Assembly: GCA_031425695.1 (NCBI GenBank)
Contig: JANPJV010000116.1
Span: forward strand, 120 to 64,119
Reading direction: 5' to 3'
Length of the DNA: 64,000 nt
Source of the DNA: Rhodanobacteraceae bacterium
GTDB taxonomy: Bacteria > Pseudomonadota > Gammaproteobacteria > Xanthomonadales > SZUA-5
Shown one piece after another: positions 50,242 through 59,978 of the stretch. Within the stretch, counting starts at the first letter, position 1. Every line of letters starts with the position of its first letter. A program made the translations under genes and the position numbers. The notes below the pieces were generated by a model, which worked only from the letters and a program-made list of their open reading frames with translations, had not been told where the DNA came from and made no database searches.

Positions 50242-53200
50242 ATGACGAACGCACGCTCGCCGCACCCCTTTCAAACGTCGTTGCTTGCAAAACTGCGACG
50301 AATAGGAATGGTCATGGCGATGTTGCTGGCGGCCTTGCCATTGTCAGCCCAGGTCGTCTCCACCCTTGCCGACAACGTTTCGTCCCCACCGGCCGGCAGC
50401 TTGCGCGCGGCACTCAACACGGCCAACACCGCTGGAAGTGCGGCGACGGTGACCTTCAACGTCCCCGGCGGCGGCACCATCAATCTCGCCGGCGCACTGC
50501 CGGTCCTTCGCAATCCGAACGGAATCAGTGTCGACGGTGCCAACGGCGGCCAAGGCGCCATCGTGATCGACGGCGGCTCGTCCTCGGCCACCACCGGCGA
50601 CCGCATCTTCTTCCTCGGTGTACGCGGCAGCGACAGCACCGGATTGACCGCCACCCCTGGCGCCAACTGGACCATTTCCAACTTGACCCTGCAGGACGGC
50701 AATGCGCGCGGCGGCGCCGGCGGCAATGGCGGTTCCCCCGGCGACCCCTATTCCGGCGGTGGCGGCGGCGCTGGCCTGGGCGGCGCTCTGTTCGTCAACG
50801 AGGGCAACGCCACCTTGAGCAACGTCGTGTTCGCGAATAACCGCGCGACGGGTGGCAACGGTGGCACCCTGTCCGGCCCGACCGGGTCCACCGGTGCCGG
50901 CGGCGGCATGGGCGGCAATGGCGGCAGCGCCGCCGCCTTCAGCGGTGGCGGCGGCGGTGGTTTTGGCCTGGGTGCAAAAGGCGGCAATGGCAATGATCCG
51001 ACGGCGGGCGCGGGCAGCCTCGGCCGTTGGACCGGCGGCAGCAGCGCCGGCGCGGGCGCGGGCGCGGGTGGCGGCGCGGGCGCCGCCAGCGGAGGCGGCG
51101 GCGGCGGCTCTTCAAACAACCAGAGCGCTGGCGGCGGCGGTCCCGGAGCGGCAGCCGGCACTACCACGGGCGCGCCCGGCGGCCAGGGCAAGGGCGGCGA
51201 CGGCGGCTTCGGCGGCGGCGGCGGCGCCGGTGGTGGCAATAACCTGCAGGTGGGCGGAATCGGCGGTTATGGCGCCGGCGGCGGTGGTGCCGGTGCCGGC
51301 GATGGCGGCAACGGCGGCTTCGGCGGCGGCGGCGGCGGTGGCGCGGGTTCCCCCATTGGTACCGGCGGCTTCGGCGGCGGCAACGGCGCGAGCGGCTACC
51401 AGGGCGGTGGCGGCGGCGCTGGCCTCGGCGGCGCGGTGTTCGTGCGTCAGGGTGCGACGCTGGCGATCAGCGGTAGCAACATCGCCGGCGGCGCCGTCGC
51501 GGGCGGCAGCGCGGGTCCGAGCGCGGGCGCCGGCTCGGGCATAGGCACCGCGGCCTTCCTCGCCGGTTCGCTCAACTGGAGCGTGGCCACCGGCCAGACC
51601 GTGACCCTCGCTCCTGGCCAGACCCTTGGCGGTGGTACCAACGCGCTGATCAGTGGCGGCCTGACCAAAACCGGTCCCGGCACGCTGCAGCTGAATAGCG
51701 ACAACAGTTACGTCGGGCCGACTGCGGTGTCGGCCGGCCAGTTGCAGGTCAACGGCAGCCTGCTCGGCAGCGGTGCGATCAGCGTGGCCAGTGCCGCCAC
51801 GCTGGCCGGCACCGGCACGCTGACGGGCGCCACCAGCGTGTCCAGCGGCGGCACCCTGGCACCCGGCCAGGGCGCGCCCGGTCGCCTGAACTCGGCTAAC
51901 CTGGCGTTGGTCGCCGGCGCGACCTTCGCCGCCGAAATCACCGGAGCGACCGTCGCCACCCAGTACGACCAGCTCGATGTCACCGGCACCATCAACCTGG
52001 GCGGCGCGACGCTGACGCTGTCCGGCGCGCACGTGGCGAGCACCGGGCAGAGCTTCGTGCTGATCGACAACGACGGCAGCGACGCGGTGACCGGCACCTT
52101 TGCCGGCCTGGCGCAGGGCAGCACGATCCTGCTTAATGGTGTCAGCTTGTCGATCAGCTACAACGGCGGGGATGGCAACGACGTCGTGCTGACGGCAGCG
52201 GTCGATCCGTGCTCGTCTTACGCATTCCCCTACACGCTGGCAGGTGCCGACAACACCGCACTGGTAGCTAACCTCCGCCAGGCGGTCCAGTGCGCGAACG
52301 CCAACGGCGCGGGTGCGGACACGATCCTCCTGAGCGGCCAAACTGTCGCCCTGCCCGCGTCCGCGCCGTTTGCTGACTATTCCGGGCAGACCGGACTTCC
52401 GCAAATTACGTCCACCATCAATATTCGCAACGGCACGCTGTTGCATGACTTGAGCATGGGCGGTTTCCTGTTCCGCACGTTCTCCATCGCCGCAGCCGGC
52501 ACCTTGAATCTGCAGAACATGGAATTGTCGGGCGCCTCGGCGCCGTCGCCTGGCGGTGCCTTCCACAACTCGGGCACGGTGAACGTGACCAACAGCACCA
52601 TCCACGGGTATGACACCAACAATCGTGCCGGTGTCTTGCACAACGCCAGTGGTGCCACGGCGACCATCACCAATGCCGTGCTTTACGACAATAACGCCGT
52701 CAATGCGCACGCCATCGACAATTTCGGCTTGGTCACCATCGTCAACTCAACCTTCGACAAGCACACGTCGATCAGTAATTTTGGCGCCATTCTGGAAGGC
52801 ACCGGCTACATCGTTCGCAACAGCATCCTCTGGAATCCCGGCAGCGGACCGACGCAGATATCGTCTGGAAATACGGTCAGCGACAGCATCGTGAAAGGCG
52901 GCTATGGCAGCGGGACCAATATCCTGAATACCAGCCCGCTGTTTGTGAACGAAGGCGCCAATGACTACCGTATTGGGTTATCCAGTCCTGCCTTGAATGT
53001 GGGTGTGAACAGCTATGTGCCACTCGATAGCACCGATGTCGATGGCGACAGCAACACCAGCGAAAGCCGACCAGACCGTGATCTCAATCCACGCATCGTC
53101 GCGACAACAGTCGATATGGGTGCGTACGAACGTCAGGACGCAGTTGCTGCCGACTTCACCGTCACCACCACTTCGACGAGCATCTCGGTCACCGACAGCA

Positions 53201-56200
53201 CCAGCAACGGCAGCACGTTGGCAGCCAGCGAGCCGGTTGCCAACACCCTGCGCTTCGACGCCGCGGGCCGCACGTTCAGCGTCAATGGCGGGCCGCTCAT
53301 CAACGGCAACTCTGGCGATCTAGCGCTGGCCGGGATCACCAGCCTCACAGTCACGGCCGCCGGCGGCGTGTCTGCGGCTTCCGGCGCCGTCTTCAACATC
53401 GGCGCCACCAGCTTCAACGCCACCGCACCGGTGATGCTGACCGGCGGCACGCTGAAATCCACCGGCACCGCCACGGTCAATCCGGCCATCGTGATGACGG
53501 CGAACAGCGATCTGGCGGCAACTGGCGGCGTGATGACGCTGGCCGGCGCCATCAGCGGCGATTTCACGCTGCGCACCTTCGCTGCTGGCACCTATCGATT
53601 CGCCAGCACGGCCAGCACCTTTGCGCGGCTGCAACTGGCTTCGGGCACGGCGGCCCTGGCTGGCAACAACACCCTGCCGCCGGCGATCGACATCTTCAAT
53701 TCGGCCAGTTTCAACCTGAATGGCTTCAGTCAAACGATCGATTTCTACGCCAGCAGCGGCACCACCCAGAACACCGGCGCCGCGGCCAGCCTGACCCTCG
53801 GCGTGGCCGGCAGTTCGTCCAGCTTCGGCAGTCCGAATTACGCTGGACCAATCAGCGGACCGATCAACCTGACCATTGCAACAGCCGGCGGCCAGACGCT
53901 GAGTAGCAACAGCAGCAATTTCACCGGCACCATCGACATATTCGCGACGCTTGCCGTCACCGGCGTGAATGCGCTTGGAGCCGTCGGCGCGGGCAACACC
54001 ACGACGGTTGCGGCGACGGGCGTTCTCGACCTGCGCAACGTTGCCTACGCGGGACTCGAGGCGATCACCGTGAATGGCGGCACGCTGCGCGTCAGCACCG
54101 GCGTCAGCAGCCTTCCCGGCACTGTCACCTTGAATACCAGCACCGCCACCATCCAGGTCACCAATGTCGGCAGCGAATTGAACCTCAATGGCGTGGTGAG
54201 CGGCACTCAAGGTTTCAGCAAGACGGGCAACGGGATTCTGTACTTGAGCCAGTCCAACAACTACGTGGGTCCCGTCGTCATCAACGGCGGCAGTGTGCTG
54301 GTCACTGGCTCTACGCTTGCGGCCAGCACGGTCAGTGTAGCGAGCGGTGGCACGCTGGGTGGTACGGGCACCGTCAATGGCGCCGTTTCGGTGGCATCCG
54401 GCGGCACGTTGGCACCTGGCGTCACAGTCGGCACGCTGCACTCCGCAAACGTGACACTGAGCTCCGGCGCCACGTTTGCGGTCGGCATCACCGGCGCGAC
54501 GGTCGACACCCAGTACGACCAGCTCGACGCCAACGGCACGGTGAACCTCGGCGGCGCCACACTCGCGTTGTCCGGCGCCTTCGTGCCGACGACCGGCCAG
54601 AGCTTCATGCTGATCGACAACGACGGCAGCGACGCGGTGACGGGCACCTTTGCCGGGCTGTCGCAAGGCAGCATCGTGAACTTCAACGGTGTCACGCTGG
54701 CCGTCAGTTACACCGGCGGCACCGGCAACGACGTCGTGCTGACCGCGGTGGTCATCCTGCCAACCACCACCGTGGTCTCGCTGAACCGCGCCAGCGGCAA
54801 TCCGCGCAACACGCCTAGCGTCACCTGGACCATCACCTTCGCGAATCCAGTCGACGGCTTGACGCCTGCCAACTTTGCGGTGGTACCGACCGGGCTCGGC
54901 GGTACACCCACCGTGACAGGCGTCAGCGAAGCGAGCGGTCCACCCGCCACTCAGTGGAACGTCACCGCCAGCACCGGCACCGGCAGCGGCACGCTGGGCT
55001 TGAACCTGGTCAACGACAGCGGTCTCACGCACGACGTGACCAACCTGCCGTTTACGGGTCAAGTTTTCAACATTGACCGCGCGCCGCCAACGGTGACCAT
55101 CACGGTGGCGGACACCAGCTTGACCGCCGGCGAGACTTCACCGGTGAGCTTCGTGTTCAGCGAAGCCGTCAACCAGGTTCCCCCGGCTAACCTGACCGTC
55201 GCGAACGGCACCCTTTCTTCGCTTACGACCTCCAACAACATCACCTGGACGTCGACACTCACCCCGACTGCGGGGATCTCCGATCCGACCAATGTGATCA
55301 CGCTGGATACCAGCGGTTCCAGTGATCCGGCTGGCAATCCCGGCGTCGGCATCGCGACGTCGAACAACTATGCGATAGATACTTCACTCCCGATCCTTAC
55401 CGTCGGCGATTTTTCACGGACGGAAGGCTTCAATGGTGTTTCCGCCTTCGACGTGACGGTCAGCCTGTCGGCACCCGCGCTGGCGGGTGGAGTGAGCTTC
55501 GATATCGCAACGGCGGATGGCACCGCCACAGCCGGAAGCGACTACAGCGCCCGCAACTTCACCACGCAGACAATTCCCGAGGGCAGCTCCAACTATGTCC
55601 TCTCGGTTCCGGTTTTCGGCGACGCTGTGCAGGAATTGGACGAGACGCTCCTGGTCAACGTGAGCAATGTCAGCGGCGCCACGATCGGCGACGGCCAGGG
55701 TCAGGTCACGATCGTCAACGATGACACCGCCGGCATCGGCGTCACACCGGCGAGCGGGCTGGTGACCACCGAAGCCGGTGGCACGGCGACGTTTACCGTC
55801 GTGCTGGCCAGCCAACCGACCGCCAATGTGACCGTTGGCCTGGCCAGCTCGGATCTCACCGAAGGTACCGTCGCACCTGCCAGCGTGGTCTTTACGTCCG
55901 CCAACTGGAACGTCGCGCAGACCGTCACCGTGACCGGCGTCGATGACCTGATCGTCGATGGCACTGTCGCCTACACGATCACCACCGCGCCGGCGACGAG
56001 CTCGGACAGCAACTACAACGGCATCGATCCAGCCAATGTCAGCGTCAGCAATAGCGACAACGACGCCGCGGGGATCACCGTCAGCCCCACGGCCGGCCTG
56101 GTCACCACCGAAGCCGGTGGCACGGCAACGTTTACGGTCGTGCTGGCCAGCCAGCCTGCCGCCAACGTGGGCATCGGATTGTCGAGCTCCGACACCACCG

Positions 56201-59200
56201 AAGGCACGGTTGCGCCAGCGAGTCTGGTCTTCACCCCGGCCAACTGGAGCACTGCGCAATCGGTCACGGTCACAGGCGTCGACGACGCCCTGGTCGACGG
56301 CACCATCGCCTACTCGATCGTCACCGCCGCCGCGACCAGCAGCGATTCCAACTACAACGGCTTGAACGCGAGCGATGTCGGCGTCAGCAACAGCGACAAC
56401 GACAGCGCGGCCGTTACGGTGATCCAGTCGAGCGGCAATACCGCCGTGACGGAAGGCGGCAGCACCGACAGCTTCACCGTGGCCTTGAGCAGCCAGCCGG
56501 CCAGCAATGTCACCATTGCATTAACCGGAACCCAGGTAACCACTGGACCAACCAGCCTCACCTTCACGACCGTCAATTGGGCAACGGCGCAAACGGTCAC
56601 GGTGACCGCGATCGACGATGCCGTCGACGAAGCCACGCCGCACGCCGGCTCGGTGACCTTCGTGGTAACCAGCAGCGATGGCAATTACAACGGCGCCACC
56701 GTCGCCCCGGTCAGCGTCGCGATCACCGATAACGACGCATCCGGCATCACCGTCGCGCCGACCACTGGCCTCATCACCACCGAGGCCGGTGGCACCGCCA
56801 GCTTCACCGTCGTGCTGGGCAGCCAGCCGACCGGCAACGTCACCATCGGCTTGTCGAGCTCCGACACCACCGAAGGCACGGTTGCGCCAGCGAGCCTGGT
56901 CTTCACCCCGGCCAACTGGAGCACTGCGCAATCGGTGACGGTCACAGGCGTCGACGACGCCCTGGTCGACGGCACCATCGCCTACTCGATCGTCACCGCC
57001 GCCGCGACCAGCAGCGATTCCAACTACAACGGCTTGAATGCAAGCGATGTCGGCGTCAGCAACAACGACAACGACAGCGCGGCCGTCACGGTGATCCAGT
57101 CGAGCGGCAATACCGCCGTGACGGAAGGCGGCAGCACCGACAGCTTCACCGTGGCCTTGAGCAGCCAGCCAACCAGCAACGTGACCGTGCTGTTCAGCAC
57201 CAGCGGGCAGCTCGACGCCAGCCCGGGCAGCGTCGTGTTCACCACCCTCAATTGGAACGTGGCGCAATCGGTAACCGTGACGGCGACGGACGACAACCTC
57301 GTCGAGGGTGCCACCGTCGAATCGATTGGTGCCTCGGTGAGCAGCAGCGATCCGAGCTACAACAACATTGCGGTTGCAGCCGTGAGCGTGGCGGTGACCG
57401 ACAACGACGCCGCCGTGGTCAGCTTCGCGCCAGCCAGCGTCAGCCAGCTCGAGGCGACCAGCCCGATGGCGTTCACGGTGACCTTGAGCAAGCCGGTTGC
57501 ATCGGGCGTCACGCTGAGCTTGAACAGCGCCTTCGGAACCGCGCTCGCGAGCGACTTCACGCCCATCGTGGGCGCAACGGTCAGCTTTCCGGCCAGCAGC
57601 ACGGCAGCGCAGACGGTGAACGTCGTGATCACCAACGACGCCATCGACGAGAGCGACGAGCAGTTCAGCCTGACGCTGTCGAATCTCGTCGCAACTGGCA
57701 ATGTGTCGCTGGGGACCGCCATCGCCGGCGGCACCATCCTCGACGATGACGCCATTCCGACCCTGGCGATCAACAGCCTCAGCCAGCCAGAAGGCAACGC
57801 CGGCACCACGACCATGACTTTCACAGCAAGCTTGTCGGCGGCATCGGGCCAGGATGTGACTTTCATGCGGGCTACCGCAGACGGTACGGCGACGGTCGCC
57901 AACAACGACTATGTCGCGCTGGCCCCCGCACTGCTGACGATTCCGGCCGGTCAACTGAGCCTTAGCATTCCGGTTACGATCAACGGCGACGGCGTTTTCG
58001 AAGGCAACGAAAGCTTCAACCTCAACCTGACCTCCGTCACCAACGCCAGCCCCGGCAGCCTCACCGGCACCGGCACGCTCGAAGACGACGACCAGCAGCC
58101 GACGACGACCACGATCACCGATACGCCGGACCCGAGCGTGGTCGGCCAGCCGTTTATAGTGAGCGTGACCGTTGCCGCCCAGACCACCTCCCCGGTCGGA
58201 ACGTTGACGATCGGCGATGGCAGTGCCAGTTGCGGACCGCTCACGCTGACTCCGGCGGCGGCTCCGAACAGCACCGCGAGTTGTGCGCTGATCAGCACCA
58301 GCGCGGGCCCACGTACGTTGACGGCTGTCTACACGCCGGCAAGCCAGAGCTTTGCGGCCAGTACCGGCACAGCCACACATCAGGTTAATCCGGCCAACAC
58401 CTCGATCAGCGTGGCCGGACCTGCGCGCGTCCGCGTCAACCAAACAGGCAGCTTCACTTTCGCATTGAGTGTCGATGCGCCCGGCGCAGGATCACCAGCC
58501 GGCACGGTCACGCTGAGCCACGGTGCGAGCAGTTGCCAAGTGACGGTACCAACCGCCATGCCGAGCTGCACCCTGCCCTTCTCGACGCTGGGTCCTCGCA
58601 CGATCGCGGCCGCGTTTGCACCCAGCGACGGGTCTTTCAACGCCTCGAACTCGAGCGGCGCTGGCAATGCACGGACCGTGGTCTATGCACTGAGCGATAT
58701 CGAGGTGGAAAAGTCGGATGCTCAGAGCGTGGTCTCGCCCGCCGACCTGCTGGTGTACACCGTCAGCGTACGCAACCTCGGCCCGGATGCGGCTGTGAAT
58801 ATCCGCGTGCTGGACCGTGTGCCGGTCGGGCTCGGTAATGTTGTCTGGTCGTGCTTCGGCAACGGCGGTGTCAGTTGTCCGCAGGCGAATGGGACTGGCG
58901 ACCTGGACCTCACGGTCGCGAACTTCGCGGTTGGCGCGACGCTCAACATTTCCTACCAAGGCAATGTCGTTGGCGATCCCGCGCAGATCGTCAACACCGC
59001 GCAGGTCGAGCTGCCCAATGACACATCCGTCGAGGACCCCAACCTAAGCAACAACAGCGACACGGATGTGAATATCAAGGACAACCTGTTCCGCGATGGC
59101 TTCGAGGGTCCGCAGGTCGATGCGCCGTCAGGATCGTTCCAGCTGCCGGCCAGCAACCTGCGCAGCGCACTCGACCGCGTCGCCGTAGTGGCTTATCGGC

Positions 59201-59400
59201 TGACCGACTCGAGGGGCGAAGCGCTGCGCATCTACGCTCGCGTGATCGACGGCGAACTGCAGTTTGCCCTGGCCAAACGCGATACGCAGGGTTTCCTGTC
59301 GCTTGACCCATGGCGCAGCTACATGGCTGATCCGACGCTGCACTGGTCAGCCGTGCCTTCGGCTGGTGGCTGGACGATGGTGGGAGCCGAATTGCGCTGA
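50242..59400 (+). CDS. giant secreted surface protein (about 3052 aa): beta-helix/autotransporter-associated beta-strand repeats, Gly-rich region, many Calx-beta/Ig-like repeats, DUF11-like domain, DGFE motif and a 97-aa C-terminal extension
   Basis: Signal peptide (..MVMAMLLAALPLSAQ). GGLTKTGPGTLQLNSDNSYVGPT.. and GFSKTGNGILYLSQSNNYVGPV.. repeats. Two copies of ..TQYDQLD..G..NLGGATL.LSGA.....GQSF.LIDNDGSDAVTGTFAGL. About 15 repeats of ~110 aa (TEAGGTATFTVVLASQP.. / DGTA.AG.DY). VWSCFGNGGVSC...NLFRDGFE. Confidence 0.9.
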   Translation: MTNARSPHPFQTSLLAKLRRIGMVMAMLLAALPLSAQVVSTLADNVSSPPAGSLRAALNTANTAGSAATVTFNVPGGGTINLAGALPVLRNPNGISVDGANGGQGAIVIDGGSSSATTGDRIFFLGVRGSDSTGLTATPGANWTISNLTLQDGNARGGAGGNGGSPGDPYSGGGGGAGLGGALFVNEGNATLSNVVFANNRATGGNGGTLSGPTGSTGAGGGMGGNGGSAAAFSGGGGGGFGLGAKGGNGNDPTAGAGSLGRWTGGSSAGAGAGAGGGAGAASGGGGGGSSNNQSAGGGGPGAAAGTTTGAPGGQGKGGDGGFGGGGGAGGGNNLQVGGIGGYGAGGGGAGAGDGGNGGFGGGGGGGAGSPIGTGGFGGGNGASGYQGGGGGAGLGGAVFVRQGATLAISGSNIAGGAVAGGSAGPSAGAGSGIGTAAFLAGSLNWSVATGQTVTLAPGQTLGGGTNALISGGLTKTGPGTLQLNSDNSYVGPTAVSAGQLQVNGSLLGSGAISVASAATLAGTGTLTGATSVSSGGTLAPGQGAPGRLNSANLALVAGATFAAEITGATVATQYDQLDVTGTINLGGATLTLSGAHVASTGQSFVLIDNDGSDAVTGTFAGLAQGSTILLNGVSLSISYNGGDGNDVVLTAAVDPCSSYAFPYTLAGADNTALVANLRQAVQCANANGAGADTILLSGQTVALPASAPFADYSGQTGLPQITSTINIRNGTLLHDLSMGGFLFRTFSIAAAGTLNLQNMELSGASAPSPGGAFHNSGTVNVTNSTIHGYDTNNRAGVLHNASGATATITNAVLYDNNAVNAHAIDNFGLVTIVNSTFDKHTSISNFGAILEGTGYIVRNSILWNPGSGPTQISSGNTVSDSIVKGGYGSGTNILNTSPLFVNEGANDYRIGLSSPALNVGVNSYVPLDSTDVDGDSNTSESRPDRDLNPRIVATTVDMGAYERQDAVAADFTVTTTSTSISVTDSTSNGSTLAASEPVANTLRFDAAGRTFSVNGGPLINGNSGDLALAGITSLTVTAAGGVSAASGAVFNIGATSFNATAPVMLTGGTLKSTGTATVNPAIVMTANSDLAATGGVMTLAGAISGDFTLRTFAAGTYRFASTASTFARLQLASGTAALAGNNTLPPAIDIFNSASFNLNGFSQTIDFYASSGTTQNTGAAASLTLGVAGSSSSFGSPNYAGPISGPINLTIATAGGQTLSSNSSNFTGTIDIFATLAVTGVNALGAVGAGNTTTVAATGVLDLRNVAYAGLEAITVNGGTLRVSTGVSSLPGTVTLNTSTATIQVTNVGSELNLNGVVSGTQGFSKTGNGILYLSQSNNYVGPVVINGGSVLVTGSTLAASTVSVASGGTLGGTGTVNGAVSVASGGTLAPGVTVGTLHSANVTLSSGATFAVGITGATVDTQYDQLDANGTVNLGGATLALSGAFVPTTGQSFMLIDNDGSDAVTGTFAGLSQGSIVNFNGVTLAVSYTGGTGNDVVLTAVVILPTTTVVSLNRASGNPRNTPSVTWTITFANPVDGLTPANFAVVPTGLGGTPTVTGVSEASGPPATQWNVTASTGTGSGTLGLNLVNDSGLTHDVTNLPFTGQVFNIDRAPPTVTITVADTSLTAGETSPVSFVFSEAVNQVPPANLTVANGTLSSLTTSNNITWTSTLTPTAGISDPTNVITLDTSGSSDPAGNPGVGIATSNNYAIDTSLPILTVGDFSRTEGFNGVSAFDVTVSLSAPALAGGVSFDIATADGTATAGSDYSARNFTTQTIPEGSSNYVLSVPVFGDAVQELDETLLVNVSNVSGATIGDGQGQVTIVNDDTAGIGVTPASGLVTTEAGGTATFTVVLASQPTANVTVGLASSDLTEGTVAPASVVFTSANWNVAQTVTVTGVDDLIVDGTVAYTITTAPATSSDSNYNGIDPANVSVSNSDNDAAGITVSPTAGLVTTEAGGTATFTVVLASQPAANVGIGLSSSDTTEGTVAPASLVFTPANWSTAQSVTVTGVDDALVDGTIAYSIVTAAATSSDSNYNGLNASDVGVSNSDNDSAAVTVIQSSGNTAVTEGGSTDSFTVALSSQPASNVTIALTGTQVTTGPTSLTFTTVNWATAQTVTVTAIDDAVDEATPHAGSVTFVVTSSDGNYNGATVAPVSVAITDNDASGITVAPTTGLITTEAGGTASFTVVLGSQPTGNVTIGLSSSDTTEGTVAPASLVFTPANWSTAQSVTVTGVDDALVDGTIAYSIVTAAATSSDSNYNGLNASDVGVSNNDNDSAAVTVIQSSGNTAVTEGGSTDSFTVALSSQPTSNVTVLFSTSGQLDASPGSVVFTTLNWNVAQSVTVTATDDNLVEGATVESIGASVSSSDPSYNNIAVAAVSVAVTDNDAAVVSFAPASVSQLEATSPMAFTVTLSKPVASGVTLSLNSAFGTALASDFTPIVGATVSFPASSTAAQTVNVVITNDAIDESDEQFSLTLSNLVATGNVSLGTAIAGGTILDDDAIPTLAINSLSQPEGNAGTTTMTFTASLSAASGQDVTFMRATADGTATVANNDYVALAPALLTIPAGQLSLSIPVTINGDGVFEGNESFNLNLTSVTNASPGSLTGTGTLEDDDQQPTTTTITDTPDPSVVGQPFIVSVTVAAQTTSPVGTLTIGDGSASCGPLTLTPAAAPNSTASCALISTSAGPRTLTAVYTPASQSFAASTGTATHQVNPANTSISVAGPARVRVNQTGSFTFALSVDAPGAGSPAGTVTLSHGASSCQVTVPTAMPSCTLPFSTLGPRTIAAAFAPSDGSFNASNSSGAGNARTVVYALSDIEVEKSDAQSVVSPADLLVYTVSVRNLGPDAAVNIRVLDRVPVGLGNVVWSCFGNGGVSCPQANGTGDLDLTVANFAVGATLNISYQGNVVGDPAQIVNTAQVELPNDTSVEDPNLSNNSDTDVNIKDNLFRDGFEGPQVDAPSGSFQLPASNLRSALDRVAVVAYRLTDSRGEALRIYARVIDGELQFALAKRDTQGFLSLDPWRSYMADPTLHWSAVPSAGGWTMVGAELR
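56179..57185 (+). repeat. near-identical ~335-bp direct duplication inside the giant gene (56179-56513 and 56851-57185, offset 672 bp)
   Basis: By eye the two copies differ at only about ten positions, most of them in the last 25 bp. The flanking repeat units are much more diverged. Confidence 0.8.
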
Positions 59401-59424
59401 TGTCGCCGCGTGCGCGCCAGTCGC

Positions 59425-59486
59425 GCGCGGGCGGTTGAGTACGAGCCGCCCGCGCCAGCTTCGCAATGTGCTGGCGGGCGGTTCCT
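59425..59486 (+). terminator. GC-rich overlapping hairpins downstream of the giant gene (possible terminator, no clear U-tract)
   Basis: gcgcgggcgg-N11-ccgcccgcgc, then ccgcccgcgccagc..gctggcgggcgg sharing the middle arm, followed by ttcctt. Confidence 0.35.
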
Positions 59487-59978
59487 TAGCTCTCGTTCAG
59501 TGGAGCTTGCTCCACTGCGCTTACGCGTCCTTGGGACCAAAGCAGAGGGCCGAGCTCCACTCTACAAAGGCGGGTTACGGGTAGATCTCGCCGCTGGCGA
59601 GTTTGCCTGGCGGGCAGACCTTCCAAAATAACTTCAACCCTGGCGATCTCCGAACGCGTGCCGTCCCGTACGTGAGAGGGAACGGCACTGCGCCGTCGGA
59701 GCTCCGCCGATGTCCCTCGATCTCGCCCAGACGCTTTTCGATCGCGACGCAGCAGCGCTCGCTGAGCGGGCGGGTCCGATGCATCTTGGCCCGAGACGGC
59801 GATTGCGCGGCATGCCGCGCGCCGACTCGAACGCAGGCACTTGTTGCGGGCTGGACGCAGGCACAGATCGCCCGCGGCTGCTGTCCCGGGGCGGCCAAGC
59901 CAAGGACGCAGTGGGCCAAACGGCCCAATACCCGGCGCGGGCCCAGGCCGCACGGCTGGAAAGCCGCAAATCGGCGGT

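Noticed and set aside
55400-58100. Regularly spaced ~330-bp repeats that could superficially suggest a repeat array
   Set aside because: They are in-frame coding repeats (~110-aa Ig/Calx-beta-like modules), not CRISPR. There are no short conserved repeats with unique spacers.
51112-58443. Several 500-640-aa minus-strand ORFs (51112-52710, 53320-55062, 56521-58443) and many Pro/Ala-rich ORFs inside the giant gene
   Set aside because: They are antisense or off-frame products of Gly/Ala/Thr-rich repeat coding sequence. The plus-strand frame has coherent domain repeats.
59575-59784. 69-aa minus-strand ORF (MHRTRPLSERCC...VCPPGKLASGEIYP) with faint resemblance to small Cys-rich DUF1272-type proteins
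   Set aside because: Most of the expected Cys positions are absent, there is no SD, and it lies within the tail of a long shadow ORF.
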